In this document: one piece after another, positions 16,480 to 31,685 of the stretch | Numbering within the stretch: position 1 is the stretch's first letter | How the letters are laid out: each line of letters starts with the position of its first letter | Notes under the pieces: generated by a model | Seen by the model: only the letters and a program-made list of their open reading frames with translations | What the model was told of the DNA's origin: nothing | Database searches by the model: none | Position numbers and translations under genes: made by a program | Source: the human T2T-CHM13v2.0 reference genome, Homo sapiens | Strand: one strand, 5' to 3' | Length of the DNA: 64,000 bases | Assembly (NCBI RefSeq): GCF_009914755.1 | Contig: NC_060941.1

Positions 16480-16911
16480 TCAGGTTCAGGTTCCGAATCC
16501 ACCACCTATGAACTCTGTGGGACCCTGGGCCATTTACTCAAATGGATGTACTTCAGTTTCTACAACTAGAAGATGAAAACAATAAACAGTGTAGCTACCT
16601 CACAAGATTTCTGTGAGTCAGGTGCAGTGGCTCACGCCTGTAATCCCAGCACTTTGGGAGGCAGAGGCAGGTGGATCACCTGACATCAGGAGTTCGAGAC
16701 CAACCTAGCCAACATGGTGAAACCCTGTCTCTACTAAAAATACAAAAATTAGCCAGGAGTGGTGGCGTACCACGTGTAATCCCAGCTACTTGGGAGGCTG
16801 AGGCAGAAGAATCACTTGAACGTGGGTGGCAGAGGTTGCAGTGAGCCGAGATTGCACCACTGGCACTCCAGCCTGGGTGACAGACCAGGACTCTGTCTAA
16901 AAACAAACAAA

Positions 16912-16954
<43 letters not shown>

Positions 16955-17075
16955 TAATATATAATATGCATTATACATATATTTTATATATATATATTAC
17001 TGTGAAGATGGGGAGTGGCTGAATATGTGTAAAGCAAGCAGAGTAGTGCCTGGTCCAGGGTAGATCCTAATAACT
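16480..17075 (+). mobile_element. MIR split by an Alu
   Basis: MIR core (ggttccgaatcc...ttcagtttctacaactagaagatg...tacctcacaagatt) resumes after the Alu (tgtgtaaagc...gtgcctggt). Confidence 0.65.
16616..16998 (+). mobile_element. AluSx-like with tail turned into (TA)n / AT-rich repeat
   Basis: Dimer 16616-16915, (TA)n from about 16916, ctgtga on both sides. Confidence 0.9.
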
Positions 17076-17199
17076 GTGGGCTTTTAGGATTTTTATCACA
17101 CAGACCAAGCCCAGTACTCCCTGAAATTCAGACCTTAAATTTACAAACAGAGAGATATGCAATCCTCCCTTTAAATATTCCCCTCTGACATAGTTCCAG

Positions 17200-17870
17200 A
17201 CCTTTCTACACTCTGAAAACTCTTCTCTGAACATGTTCGAGTTTGTCAGTGGCCTGCTTAAAATGTGGTGACCAAAATCGACCTATTCCTTATGTGACCT
17301 GAAATGTAAACAATAGCTGGGACCATATCTGCCAGCCCTCTTGTCCCCTGTGTCCCAGGCACCACACTCCCCTTATCTCTGAGGCTTTCTGTCTTCCTTC
17401 TACTTTTGCAACTGATTTTCTAAACCAAACCATGGCATTTTATATTCAACCTCAATAAATGTAATCTTCTTAATTCCAGCCAGCTTAAAGCTGCAGAAAA
17501 CTCATTTTTTTTAATCCTACATATTAACTATTCCTCAGAACTCTAAGCATTGGGAAACTTTAAACTTTTTTTTTTTAATCCCTTATCATCCTCGACTGAC
17601 TGAGAGACACAGAAATCTCACTTTAGGTTAACACTAATCATTCAGAGATGGCCCTTTGAACTATCACTTAACCACATAAAGGTACCAATATTCAAACCAT
17701 ATTTCCCCATACTGCCTTCATGTAGGCACCGTCAGACGGCTCCACGAAAGCCAGATATATTACATCTACTCCTATTTCCTTATCTACCAGCCTGGCTGCC
17801 CTGTTCAAAGAAGGAAATGAGCTTAGTTTAATCGGCTTCATTCTTAGTGTACTCATGCTGGCTTGTAGAG
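17200..17870 (-). mobile_element. L3/CR1 RT fragment
   Basis: Minus translation SQHEYTKN...TKLISFFE...VDKEIGVDVIYLAF matches the CR1 motif SQHGF.K...TNLISFFD...VD.G..VDVIYLDF. Confidence 0.75.
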
Positions 17871-19942
17871 CTCACTACTGTATGCCTATCGTTTGTCATG
17901 ATAAACTTCCACAGGAAAAAATCCTAACAATTTGGAGTGGTCAGGGGAAACACTGTTACAGTTAACAGAATATTCTGCTGAAAAAAAAAAGCTAACTAAA
18001 AAAGTTTGTATATTGTCACATCAATAAATATTCTCCTAAAATGTACTAGCTCATACTCCTGCCTTCATCTTTCCTTAGTGAACTACCACCTGGGATCTTC
18101 ATTCTCAGCATTGATTCTAATGTATAGACCTCTAGATATAGAAAGAATAAAAACAGGTGAAATCTGCACCCACCTGAGGTACGCTTGTGTGTGTTTTTAC
18201 ATTCCTGTTATATACTACATTTGTATCATCTCTTTTCATGAAAAAAAGAAAGAAAAATGGATGCAATGGTGTATGGCTTCCATTAATAGTATCAATTCTT
18301 TAAAGAATTTATCGGTATCCCTTATTGTGTTAGTATTATTTTTGATCAATACAAAGACAAAACTTTGATAGATTTTAAAATCTATCATTCTGAGAAAAGC
18401 CTTTGAAGTTTACATGCTTCCAGACAAATTTATATATTTTTTTTACATTAAAAAAGTGAAACTGTCACAATGTGGATAATAGGGGGTATAGAAAAAAAGA
18501 ATTCACCATGATTCCATCCTCTAAAAAATAACTAGGATTTTTGAGATTAAGGATAATTGGGTCAGAGGGTGTAAGCGTTTTTCATGACTCTTGGTAGAAT
18601 CTGCCAAAATCCTTTCCAAAAAGCCTGTAATGCCACTAGCATGTATAAAAGTACCAATTTCACTAAACTTTTACCGACTTTAGATGGCACATCATGGTTA
18701 ATTCTAATTTGCATTTTTATTAACACCAAGAGTAACGATGTTTCTACATGGCTGTTCACTTAATTCATTTCTTATCTCTCTCTTTCCTTTGCCAGGTCAC
18801 TTATTGGGACATTAATGATTTTCTTATGGTTTATGCTAATTACTATATTTAATCTGCTAATTATTTTTATATATTATACATTTATTAATTTTATAAGGAG
18901 AGTTACTCTTTGCCTAAGATATCTGCTTCAATTATTTCTTCAATTACTTTTTTAACTCAAAATACTTTTTATTTAGTCAAATGCATTTCAATTTTCCTTG
19001 GCGTTTTTTTCTTATTGTGTCTGACTTTCAAAGTCAGTGGTGTGCCAAAACAATTACAAAATAAATGCAGATCAGGTGCTGACATCATTTGGCCACACTT
19101 GGTTATAAATTTGTGACCCATGTGATTATCATCAAAATGAGAATATAATTTTAAAACTCCCACAGAGAACTCTGCAACATCTTACACTCATCCTGTAGTA
19201 TCATAACCTCTGACTAGCATTTGTGTTACATAAAGAGCTTTAAATTTGGTTTTCCCTTCTCCCCTGTTCCTTCCTCAGTTTACTTAGAGGAACTGACATT
19301 TTTCTTATTTTTCTTAGTGCTTCTAATATTGTTTTTAATACAAAATTACCTCAATTATACTTTGTAACTATAGCATAATAAAAAGTAACATTCATTGCCC
19401 TTCCTTAATATTTTTATTTACATTTGATTATTACCTCTGTTTCCCTCTTACCACCCCTTCCTCCCCAATTCCAGCCTCCAATTCTTCATCTAGTTTTCTA
19501 AACCTAGTTTCTGAAACCAGTTTCCAAGCAACTTCCCCCATCACTAAAGTTGTGGAAAACATCCTCCATGGCACTTCAGATAACAGTGTATTTCAGGGGA
19601 AATACATATTTTTAATTTAGCATGTGTCAGAACGACTTTCAGTTGCCATCCCATATTAATCGGAAATTAACTACTTCATTTTTATATAAAACCATTTTTT
19701 TAAAAAAAAGAATCTGATAGAATAACTCCATTGCACCGGCTTTTGCAGTTAGAAAGTCTGAAGTTATCCATACTTTGGCACTGTTGAAAATGATCTGTCA
19801 GCTCTATCGTCTACCTTTTCTTCTCTTTTAGGCTTTTCATTTGTTGGTCATTTTTTACATTGCATATAAATTGTCTGAATTTATTTTCTATTTCATTAAT
19901 CCAAATTTATTACCCACTTAAAATGTTACAGAATATAATATA

Positions 19943-20099
19943 GACCAGGCACGGTGGCTCAAGCCTGTAATCCCAGCACTTTGGGAGGCTAAGGCAGGAG
20001 GACTGCTCAAGCCCTGGAGTTCAAGGTTGCAGTGAGCCATGATCATGCCACTGCACTCCTGCCTGGGAGACAGAGCAAGACCCCATCTCTAAGAAAAAA
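19943..20099 (+). mobile_element. FRAM/FAM-type Alu monomer
   Basis: Single right-type monomer with A tail and flanking atataatata. Confidence 0.85.
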
Positions 20100-20149
20100 T
20101 ATATATAATATAAATGCTCCAAAATATTATTCCATTTTAATGTTTCTTA

Positions 20150-21000
<851 letters not shown>

Positions 21001-21576
21001 GAACATATATATCCTACATATGAATATGTATATATAGAGTGTACATATTCACATGTGCATATGTGTCTGCATACATGCACACATGATTTTTAAAAATAAA
21101 ATGGTAAAGATCATCTTCTAATAAAAAGTAACAGGTCCTTGCCCCATCCCACTCCTGTACTGGTGGCAAGTCTTTTAAAACATGTCTGTGCTCCTTTCTG
21201 TGGTGATTACTTCCCTACCTCTACAAAATATGCTACATAGCTCTTTCTTAATTTACCAAAGCTAGACATTCCTTATAGGCCTTCTACTAGGACAAATGGG
21301 GATTTAGCTCATTTACACTCCCTTGCTGCTCTCTCCCACTCCTGTCACCATTTTACTAGTTACTCCACTCCTCTCACTTCCTCCAGTGGTCAACCCTGTA
21401 ATTAGGAATATACTAAAGCCTCTGTGTTTTGTTTCATGATACGGGCAGCTGCTCAAATCCACACTTCATGATAATACCTCAGTACTCTCACCCTTCCCCT
21501 CCCAGCCCCTCCATCCCTTTCTTCCACTTCCATACCTACACCGTCTTAACCTTTACTGTTACAATAGCAAGGCTGG

Positions 21577-21927
21577 TGATATGGTTTGGCTGTGTCCCCA
21601 CCCAAATCTCACCTTGAATTGTAATAATCCCCACGTGTGAAGGGCGGGACCAGGTGGAGATAATTAAATCATGGGGGCAGCTTCCCCCCGTACTATACTC
21701 ATGGTAGTAAATAAGTCTCACAAGATCCGACGGTTTTATAAATGGGAGTTCCCCTGCACAAGCTCTCTTGCCTGCCACCACATAAAAGGTGATTTTGCTT
21801 CTCCTTCTGCCATGATTGTGAGGCCCCCTCAGCCATGTGGAACTGTGAGTCCATTAAACCTCTTTCCTTTATAAATTACCCAGTCTTGGGTATGTCTTTA
21901 TTAGCAGCGTGAGAACAGACTAATACA
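21577..21927 (+). mobile_element. THE1 (C/D) solo LTR, MaLR
   Basis: tgatatggtttggctgtgtcccc...gactaataca, 5-bp TSD gctgg/gttgg. Confidence 0.92.
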
Positions 21928-22199
21928 GTTGGTAACATCTATGTCCTGTTCTGTAACCCTAAGCTAGTTTTTAAAGCTGAAAACAATAAATGTCATCTAA
22001 TTATTATGTCTATGTATATACTGTTCACTGATGAATATTTTGTCTGCTAAGACTACATTTCCTTTTCTACTGGTCCAGCATCATAACGCCTGTGCTGCTT
22101 GATGAAGAATGTGCCTTTAAAATCCAGTTCCAGCATTTTCTACGTTTTTACATTTTCTAAGTTTGCAATCGTAGTCAGCATGGTAAATTGTTTTACGCT

Positions 22200-22535
22200 A
22201 ACCCCATTTGATGGTCTTCTCTGTGATACTCCTTCCAGGCGGAGGATTACACCAGGGAGGCCATGTTTGCTTTGGCCAATAAAATGTGAGTAAACTTACT
22301 TCTGAGTCAATTTTAGAAGACAGCAAATGCTCAAAATATTTCCTTTTCCATTTCCCATAGCAATGTTCCAGATAGTTCATTCTAAAAACGACTCAAGATG
22401 ACATGACATGGGTCAGAGCTGCAGTCAATCCTCAAAGGACACGTGACATAAGTATGAAATAAGCCTTTTTTGTTCTAAGCCACTGAGGTTTAGGATCATG
22501 TTTACCAAAGCAAAACCAAGCTAAAAATTAATGGT
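22200..22535 (+). mobile_element. MLT1-type MaLR LTR fragment
   Basis: ttggccaataaaatgtgag...gaaataagcc...taagccactgaggttt motifs. Confidence 0.6.
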
Positions 22536-22639
22536 AATCTTAAGTATTCTGGGAATAAGCAGAAATATATTTTTAAAAGAAGAAAATAAAACTTTGTATT
22601 ACTAAGTAAGAGGCAGAGCACTGACGACAAAATCTCAAC

Positions 22640-23450
<811 letters not shown>

Positions 23451-23486
23451 GGTTTAACTAGTGCTCTGACAGGATAGAAGAATGAC

Positions 23487-23884
23487 TGATATTGTTAGGA
23501 TACTTGTTCCCACCCAAATCTCATGTTGAAATGTAATCCCCAGTGTTGGAGGTGCGGCCTTGTGGGAGGTGTTTGGATCATGGGGGCGGATCCGTCATGA
23601 ATGGCTTGGGCCATCCCCTTGGTGATAAGTGAGCTCTCACTCTGAGTTTGAGTGACCTGGTCATTTAAAAGTGTACGGCACCTCCTCGCTTCTCTCTCTC
23701 TCTCTCTCACTGGTTCACTTGCTGGTTCCTGCTTTTGCCATGTAAGGTGCCTGCTTCTGCTTCCTTCTGCCATGATTGGGAGCTTCTTGAGGCCTCTCCA
23801 GAAACAGAGGCCACTATGCTTTCTGCACAACCTGCAGAACTGTGAGCCAATCAAATCTCTTTTCTTATAAACTACCCAGTCTCA
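23487..23884 (+). mobile_element. MST(B)-type MaLR LTR, 3' end truncated
   Basis: cccacccaaatctcatgttgaaatgtaatccccagtgttggagg...agaactgtgagccaatcaaatctcttttcttataaactacccagtctca. Confidence 0.85.
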
Positions 23885-24126
23885 TCAATTATAATCGATG
23901 TTTCAATCAAACATTCAGATAAAACAAACAGTCAGAATAAACTTCAGTGGAGTGTTAAAATTCTGTTTATAGATTTTATTGAAACAAACATTATTTTAAA
24001 TATATTGGTAACAACAGCTCTTAGTAATATTTTCATTATGCAGATATTTTGTGATAGTGATTTTTAAAAGATAAATCATATATGTATTTTAAAAATTTAA
24101 TGGCAGCATCAAAATGAAAGACCAAC

Positions 24127-24234
24127 CTGTTGTTCATACCGCTGTCTGATGTCCTCCAGTTGCCATAAAAACTCCTTTGATTGTTTCTCACGAAGAGATT
24201 TGGATCTAGTTAGATCTGCCTCCACTTTTTCCAT
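24127..24234 (-). CDS. CEP112: Next internal coding exon (108 nt) of CEP112
   Basis: Acceptor ttttatAG|ATG at 24236-24235 and donor CAG|GTTGGT at 24126. 36 codons MEKVEADLTRSKSLREKQSKEFLWQLEDIRQRYEQQ, phase 0/0, continuing in frame from the 58157-58292 exon. Not in the ORF track because it is short. Confidence 0.9.
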
Positions 24235-24549
24235 CTATAAAATTTAAAAATCAAATATTAATTTTTTAAACAAACAATTGTGTTCCATGTTTTTGTAATT
24301 TGTCCATTTGTTTAAATGACAGATTTTAAGCACCTCACCAATAATAATGATGAATTTAAATGTATTAAAATAATGAGACATTTATCAATTCATTTTAATA
24401 TATTTTAATTATTTAAGGAGGGAAATTAAAATTGGTATATAATTGACTAAATTCTAAAATTACAACAATAATGCAGTGAAAATATAATTTAAGGCATTCT
24501 AATATTTATTGAACAAAATTTAATTAAGCCCTTGGTATGTGCTGAATGA

Positions 24550-25775
24550 GATAAAATATTTCCAAATCATATCTCTAATAAGAGACATATCTTGAATATA
24601 TAAAGAACTCTTATAGCCCAATAATAAATGGATAATTAAACTCAATTTTAAAGTGGGCAAAGAGCCTGAATAGATATTTCTCCAAAAAGATATACAAAAG
24701 GCCAAAAAGCATTTGAAAAGATGCTCAACATCACTGTCTTTAAGCAACTACAAATTAAAACAAGAATGACATATCACTTCATGCCCCAAAGAATAGCAAT
24801 AATAAAAAAGGACAAATAGTAACAAGTATTGGTAAAGACGTAGAGAAGTCAGAACCTTCAACACTGCTGCTGGGAATATAAAATGGTATAGACATGCTGG
24901 AATACAGTCTGTCTGACAATTCCTCAAAACATTAAATAGAGTTACATGTGTCCCAGTAGTTCCACTCCAAGGTAAGAAATGAGAACATACATCCACAAAA
25001 AACTTTGTCTACAAATGTTTATAGTAGCATTATTCATAACATCCAAAAAGAGGAAACCACCCAAATATCCATCAGTTGATAAATGAATAAACAAAACGTG
25101 GTATATTCTTACAGTAGAATATTATTCAATCATAAAAAGGAAAGAAGTATTAATACATGTACTCTGGGAGGCTGAGGCAGGAGGATCGCTTGAGCCCAGG
25201 AGTCGGAGACCAGTGTAGGCAACATAGTGAGACTGTGTCTCTACAAAAAAGAAAAAAAATTAGCCGAGCGTGGTGGCATGGGCCTACAGTCTCAGCTATT
25301 CGAGAGGCTAAGGCAGCAGGATCGCTTAAGCCCCAGAGGTTGTAGCTGCAGTGAGCCATGACTGCACCACTGCATTCCAGCCTGGGAAAAAGAGTAAGAT
25401 CCTGTCTCAAAACAAAAATTAATTATAAATAGAAAAAAAACTAACACATGTTATAACATGGATGAGCCTTGACAGCATTAAGCTAAGTGTCACAACAGAC
25501 CACATACTGTAGGATTCCATTTATATTAAATTTCCAGAATAGGCAAATCCATAGAAACAGAAAACAGATTAGTGGTTGCCTAGGGTGAGATGGTGATCTG
25601 GGACGGTAACTGTTAAAGGGTATGGTGTTTCTTTGGGGGAAGATGAACATTTTCTAAAATTGATTGTGATGATGTTTGCATAACATCCTGAATACATTTT
25701 TTAAAACCACTGAATTGTACACATACGAGTGAATTGTTGGTATGTGAATTTTATCTCAACAAAGCTGTTATTAAA
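24550..25775 (+). mobile_element. L1MB/MC 3' end split by AluJ
   Basis: ORF2 C-terminal and L1M 3' UTR motifs ending gtatgtgaattttatctcaacaaagctgttattaaaaa. Confidence 0.8.
25161..25440 (+). mobile_element. 5'-truncated AluJ
   Basis: Lacks the first ~40 nt. TSD taa(t/c)acatgt at 25151-25160 / 25442-25451. Confidence 0.88.
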
Positions 25776-25789
25776 AAAGAAAGCGGAAA

Positions 25790-26305
25790 AAGGAAAAGTC
25801 AAAGATTCCACCACACCCATGAGGCCTCACATAATCCAATCCCAGTGACCTCTCACAGCTCATCTCTACTGCTCTATCCCACTACCACCACCACAGTCCA
25901 CCTACCTGCTGCCCAGGCCTATAATGTGTCAGAAGTGCTCTCACCTTGTGGGCAGGAGGTTCTGCCTGATATTCACACAGTTTCTTTCTCAAAGTATTGA
26001 GGCTTTGTTTAGCATCACCTTTGTACTGAGACCTTCTAGACCACTCAATTTTAAATTGTACATTGCAATTCCCCAGCCACTAAGTCCACCTAGTCCCCCT
26101 ATCCCTGCTTAGCTACCCTTTTGTTCCACAGGATATATCACCTTCAGATTCACTATATAATCTACATCTTCATTAGGGCTGTCTGTAATGTCTCTCTCCT
26201 GCAGTGTAATGTCACCCCATGTTCACTGTCGTCAGTGAAATAGTATCAACGATTTATCACAGTGCCTGGCACATACAGGGAATCAATAAATACTAATCAA
26301 ATGAA
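25790..26305 (+). mobile_element. L2 3' fragment
   Basis: Ends acagtgcctggcacatacagggaatcaataaatac. Confidence 0.65.
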
Positions 26306-29027
26306 AACAAAGATTGCACAGTGTACCCAACTTGGTTCAAGACTTGCTGAATTTACAATTTCCAACGTTTAGTTCCAAATTCTTTAAAACACACACAAAA
26401 TAAATAAAAGCATGTTGGATCTAACTTTTTCTATCACTTTGTCCATGTTATGATCAGATGCAATGAGAAAGAGATGTTCTTACAGTCATGAAAAAGCTCT
26501 CCATGTCAACAACATGAAAATGGTGCCTTTTATTCAAAGCAATAGAGTATTTTACTTATCTTTAAACCCCTGCACATTTGGGTATAACTTAAGACAATAT
26601 TTTTTGTCTGAGGCAATTACCAGTTAACGTGGCAACCATTCTACCACTGGCTACTTTATATTACTTATTATTCTGCTTCACTGGTATATGGAACTACTTG
26701 TACTTTGTTCAGCTTGTACACAATGCCTTCTTTCAGGTTACCTTTTGGTAAGCACTAAGATTAGTTAAGACACGAATATTGGAGGAAATGAACTATGAAA
26801 AATGCTTCTTTCACAGTTTTTCACAATATATTTGAAAAAAACATTTCAATGCATTTATTCAGACATGATTAGACTTTAAGGTTCTAGGAACAAAGATGTT
26901 CAGTGAAAGGCAACGAGTTTCACTGCATGAGAACAAAATGCATATTACCACCCACTACTGTGTCTAACACCACATTCCAGTTTCTGGTTCTTACATTGAA
27001 GTTTGAATGCCCTCTAGATTATAGCATGCTATTTAGCACCCAAGTATTTCTTTGTAAATACCAAGGATTGCAATCCCAAAAATATTAAGTCATCAGTGTA
27101 AAATTCAATTAGAGTTCTAAGATTACTGATTCATAGATAATTAGTATTGTGGTCAAGAATAAATTTAAGGAATGATTAAAGGAAGCACAGTCAAGCACAC
27201 TTTGGTTTTTTGTTTCTAACTCAAGACTTTGGTTTCAAGACTCTCTTTCTTTCAGTGCTTTTCATATTGGACCTCAAGTGAGATGCTCCTTAATCTGTCC
27301 TCAGCAATCCAGACTCCAGTACCCTTGATATTTTCCAAGCAAGCCATGGCTGTTCTTGACTCTAGGGCCTTTTGCCCATCATACTATCAGTAGGTCTTTT
27401 CATTTTTTTTTTCATCCAGTCAGTCTTTTCAAAGTTGACTCAAGTTTTCCTTCTTCTCTAAGGTGTTCTTTAATCCCACTAACTGAATAAATGCCTTCCT
27501 TCTCTCTATGCTCTAGGACTTAACATCTTTATTCTTCTAGCACATTGTGTATTTCTCTATAAAATGGAAATGTTTCAAATATGTAAGCTTTGTTTAGTAA
27601 TGCAGATAATGAGCCCACAAATAAAAGAACTATGGCAAGTCTTTCTTTTGTATATTTATTAAATAGCTGCCATGGTATGCGAAGTAAAGATGTATTAAAT
27701 TCTTAAGGATGAGGAGGAGGGACATCAGCAAGATGGTAGAATAAAAGTTCCACAGCTCCAGTCTATCTCATAGAAATCCAACTAGCAACAATTCACAGAC
27801 AAGAAAACCTTCGTGAATATTCCAGAACATAGGAGTGAGGCTGAGACATGCTCTTGGATTACAGAACTGACAAAAGTCACATTACAAAAATAATAGAAAT
27901 GGTTTCACGTTGACTGTATCATCTCTCCCACAAACCACCATAGTGCCACACAGAGAGGATTCCCCTGGGCCCATGGTTTCTACAGTGGGAAAGAGGTGAA
28001 CATCCAGCTTTCCCAGCATTCCAAGATGTTTGGCAGGAGGCCCACTTCTGCCTCGCCTTAAAAGGAACATTGGGAGTATTAGCAGGGCTAGAACATCTGA
28101 GATCAGCTAGAAACAAAGAAGGGAAAATGGAGCTCACAGCAACCTCTGCATTCTGGCCAGTGGAGGCACCCAACCAGAGAGAACAACAAATAGCATCACT
28201 GAGCAGGAAGCACAGTTGACAGATCTGCCAAGCTCAAGTCCCTAGCCAGATTTGCCACCCAGCCTCAGAGCTTGGCATACTTCTCCAGGCTCAGAGGCAA
28301 GCCCAGATCCCTGCATATCTGCAGAGCAGAGCATGTAGTCCAATACAGTCTTAGCAGTGATTGCCCCTGTCTAGTGTTGGAGCCCAGCCTGAGGTGCAGG
28401 CAGGGAGCCAAGCCCAAAACTACACATAATTGTGGGCATAGCATCTAGCTTTGCCCATCTGAGTGGCTGGCTGAGCAGCAACCCCAGAGACCTTGACAGC
28501 ATTGGAGTCTGACCTTCAGCCCTGTCCAACTACAGATTTCAAACATGAGTACCACCATGCCAGGGAACCCAGCCTGCAACCCTGCCTAATCAGAGGTTAT
28601 CACAGAGCCCAGCCAGCAGCTGTGCTTGATTATGCAGCCTAGCCAATGGTCTCACTGGACTGTGAAGCACAACCAGGAGCCACACCTGACTTCATATAAC
28701 AGGCAGCAGCCCCTTGTAACTAAAGAACCCAATAGCAAAATCTGCTTGCTCATGGTCACTATCAGCTGGTCCATCCAGAATCTTAGGCTAGACTAAATAT
28801 TGAAAGTGTCCATCCCCACCAAAGGACATCTACAAAGGCCAAAAGAGGAAGCCAATTCATCAAACGTACAGACATGAAGGTAAGTACACAAAGATTACAA
28901 AAAAAATCAAGGAAATATACGCCACAAAAAGAAACTAAGAGAGAAAGCTCCAACAATGAACCCTAAAAATATGAGGATCTATAAAATGACTGACAATTCA
29001 GAATATTCCTTCTAAGAAGATCACAGA

Positions 29028-29448
29028 TGTATTAGTTTGTTCTTGCATTGCTATAAAGCCCTGAGAGTGGAATTTATAAAGGAAAAGAGGTTTAATTGGC
29101 TCACAGTTCAACAGGCTGTACAGGAAGCATGATGCTACCATCTGTTCAGCTTCTAGAGAGGCCTCAGGAAACTTACAATCATGGCAGAAGGCAAAGGGGG
29201 AACAGGTGCATTACATGGCTAGAGTAGGAGCAAGAGAGAGTGAGGGCGAAGGTGCTACACACTTTTAACAACCGGATCTCATGAGAACACCCTCACTTTC
29301 ACGAGAACAGCACCAAGGGGATGATACTAAATCATTCAGGAGAACCCGCCCCCATGATTCAATCACCTCCCGCCAGGCCCAGACTCCAAAACTGGGAATT
29401 ACAATCTGAAATGAAATTTGGTTTGGGACACAGATCTACACCGTATCA
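29028..29448 (-). mobile_element. MSTB-like solo LTR
   Basis: tgtattagt...acaccgtatca, TSD acaga/ataga. Confidence 0.9.
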
Positions 29449-30418
29449 ATAGAATTATAAGAAAATATGGATAGAAAAGTAAATAAAACTTGGAAAACAA
29501 TATACAGACGAAAGAATTAGTTTGACAAAGGAACAGAAATTATTTTTAAAAATAGAAATCCTAGAGATAAAGAATACAATAACTAAACTGAAAAATTTTA
29601 TTAAAAGCTTGAACATCAGACTCAAACAAATAGAAGAAAGAATCAGTGAGTTCAAAGACAGGACATTTAAAATTATTGAGTCACAGGAGCAAAAAGTAAA
29701 AAGAATAAAGAAGGCTTATGAAAATTATGGGACACCATCAAGAGACCTAACTTTCACATAATAGGAGATCCAAAGGAGAAGAGAGAGAGAAATGCCCCCC
29801 AAAAAAGCATATTTAAGAAAATAATGGCTGAAAGCTTCCCAAATCTAGAAAAACATGTCAATATCCAGGGACAGAAGATTCAGAGGTTACAATCGAATTC
29901 AACCCAAAGACAGTTCACGAAGACACATCATAATCAATTATCAAAAATCAAAAACAAAGAAAGAATTCTGAAAACCAAAAGACAGAAGATACATATCACA
30001 TACAAGGGAGTTGTAACATGGCTATCAGCAGATTTCTCAGCAGAAACCCTGCATGCCAGGAGACAGTGGGAAGATATATACTCAAAGTACTGAAGGAAAA
30101 AAGCTGTCAATCAAGAATACTCTACCTGGCAAAGTTATCCTTCAGAAATAAGAGAGAAGTAAAATCTTCCCGCACCTCCATCTTCCCCCCAAAATGAGGG
30201 AGGTCATCACCATGAGTCTTGCCTTACAGGAATTATGAAAAGGAGTTATTTAAGCTGAGAAACAGTCACTTTCATATGCTAATAACATAAAACATATGAA
30301 AGTAAAAAACTCAATGGTATAAGTAATACATAGTCATATTCAGAAGACTTTAGTGCTGTAAGTATGGTGTGTAAAGCAATTTTATCTCTAGTATGATGGT
30401 TAAAAAACAAAACTTTTA

Positions 30419-30920
<502 letters not shown>

Positions 30921-31306
30921 CTATAGTAGTTGCACAAAACATAAAAAGAAAGGATTCAAAGCATATCACTACAGAAAATCATCAAACTGCAAAGAAAGAT
31001 AGCAAGTGAGGAAGAAAAAAAGAACAAAGAATCTACAAAACAACCAGAAAATAAATTACAAAATGGAAGTACTGAATCCTTACCTATCAATAATTACTTT
31101 GAATATAAATGAACTAAATTCTCCAATCAAAAGACATAAAGTAACTGGATAAATAAACAAAACTCAACTACATGTTTCCTACAAGAGACTCATGTCATGT
31201 TTATGGACACAAATAGACTAAAAGCGAAGGGATAGAAAAGATATTTCATGCAAATAGAAATGAAAAGAGAGCAAGGGTAGATATATTTAAATTGGATAAA
31301 ATAGAG

Positions 31307-31685
31307 TACATTAGTCCATTCTCACACTGCTATCAAGACATACATGAGACTGGGCAATTTATAAAGGAAAGACATTTAATTGACTCACAGTTCAGCATGG
31401 CTGCGGAGGCCTCAGGAAATTTACAATCATGGTAGATGGCAAAGGGGAAGAAAGACACCTCCTTCACAGGGCAACAGGACAGAGTGAGTACAAGCAAGGG
31501 ATATGCCAGATGTTTATAAAACCATCAGCTCTCATGAGACTCACCCACTATCAAGAGAACTGCATGGGGGAAACCACCTCCATGATCCAATTACCTCTAC
31601 CTGGTCCCACACTTCATACGTGGGGATTATGGGGATTACAATTTGAGGTGAGATTTGGATGGGGACACAGAGCCAAACCATATCA
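31307..31685 (-). mobile_element. THE1D/MSTA-like solo LTR
   Basis: attagtccattctcacactgc...acagagccaaaccatatca, TSD tagag/tagaa. Confidence 0.9.
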
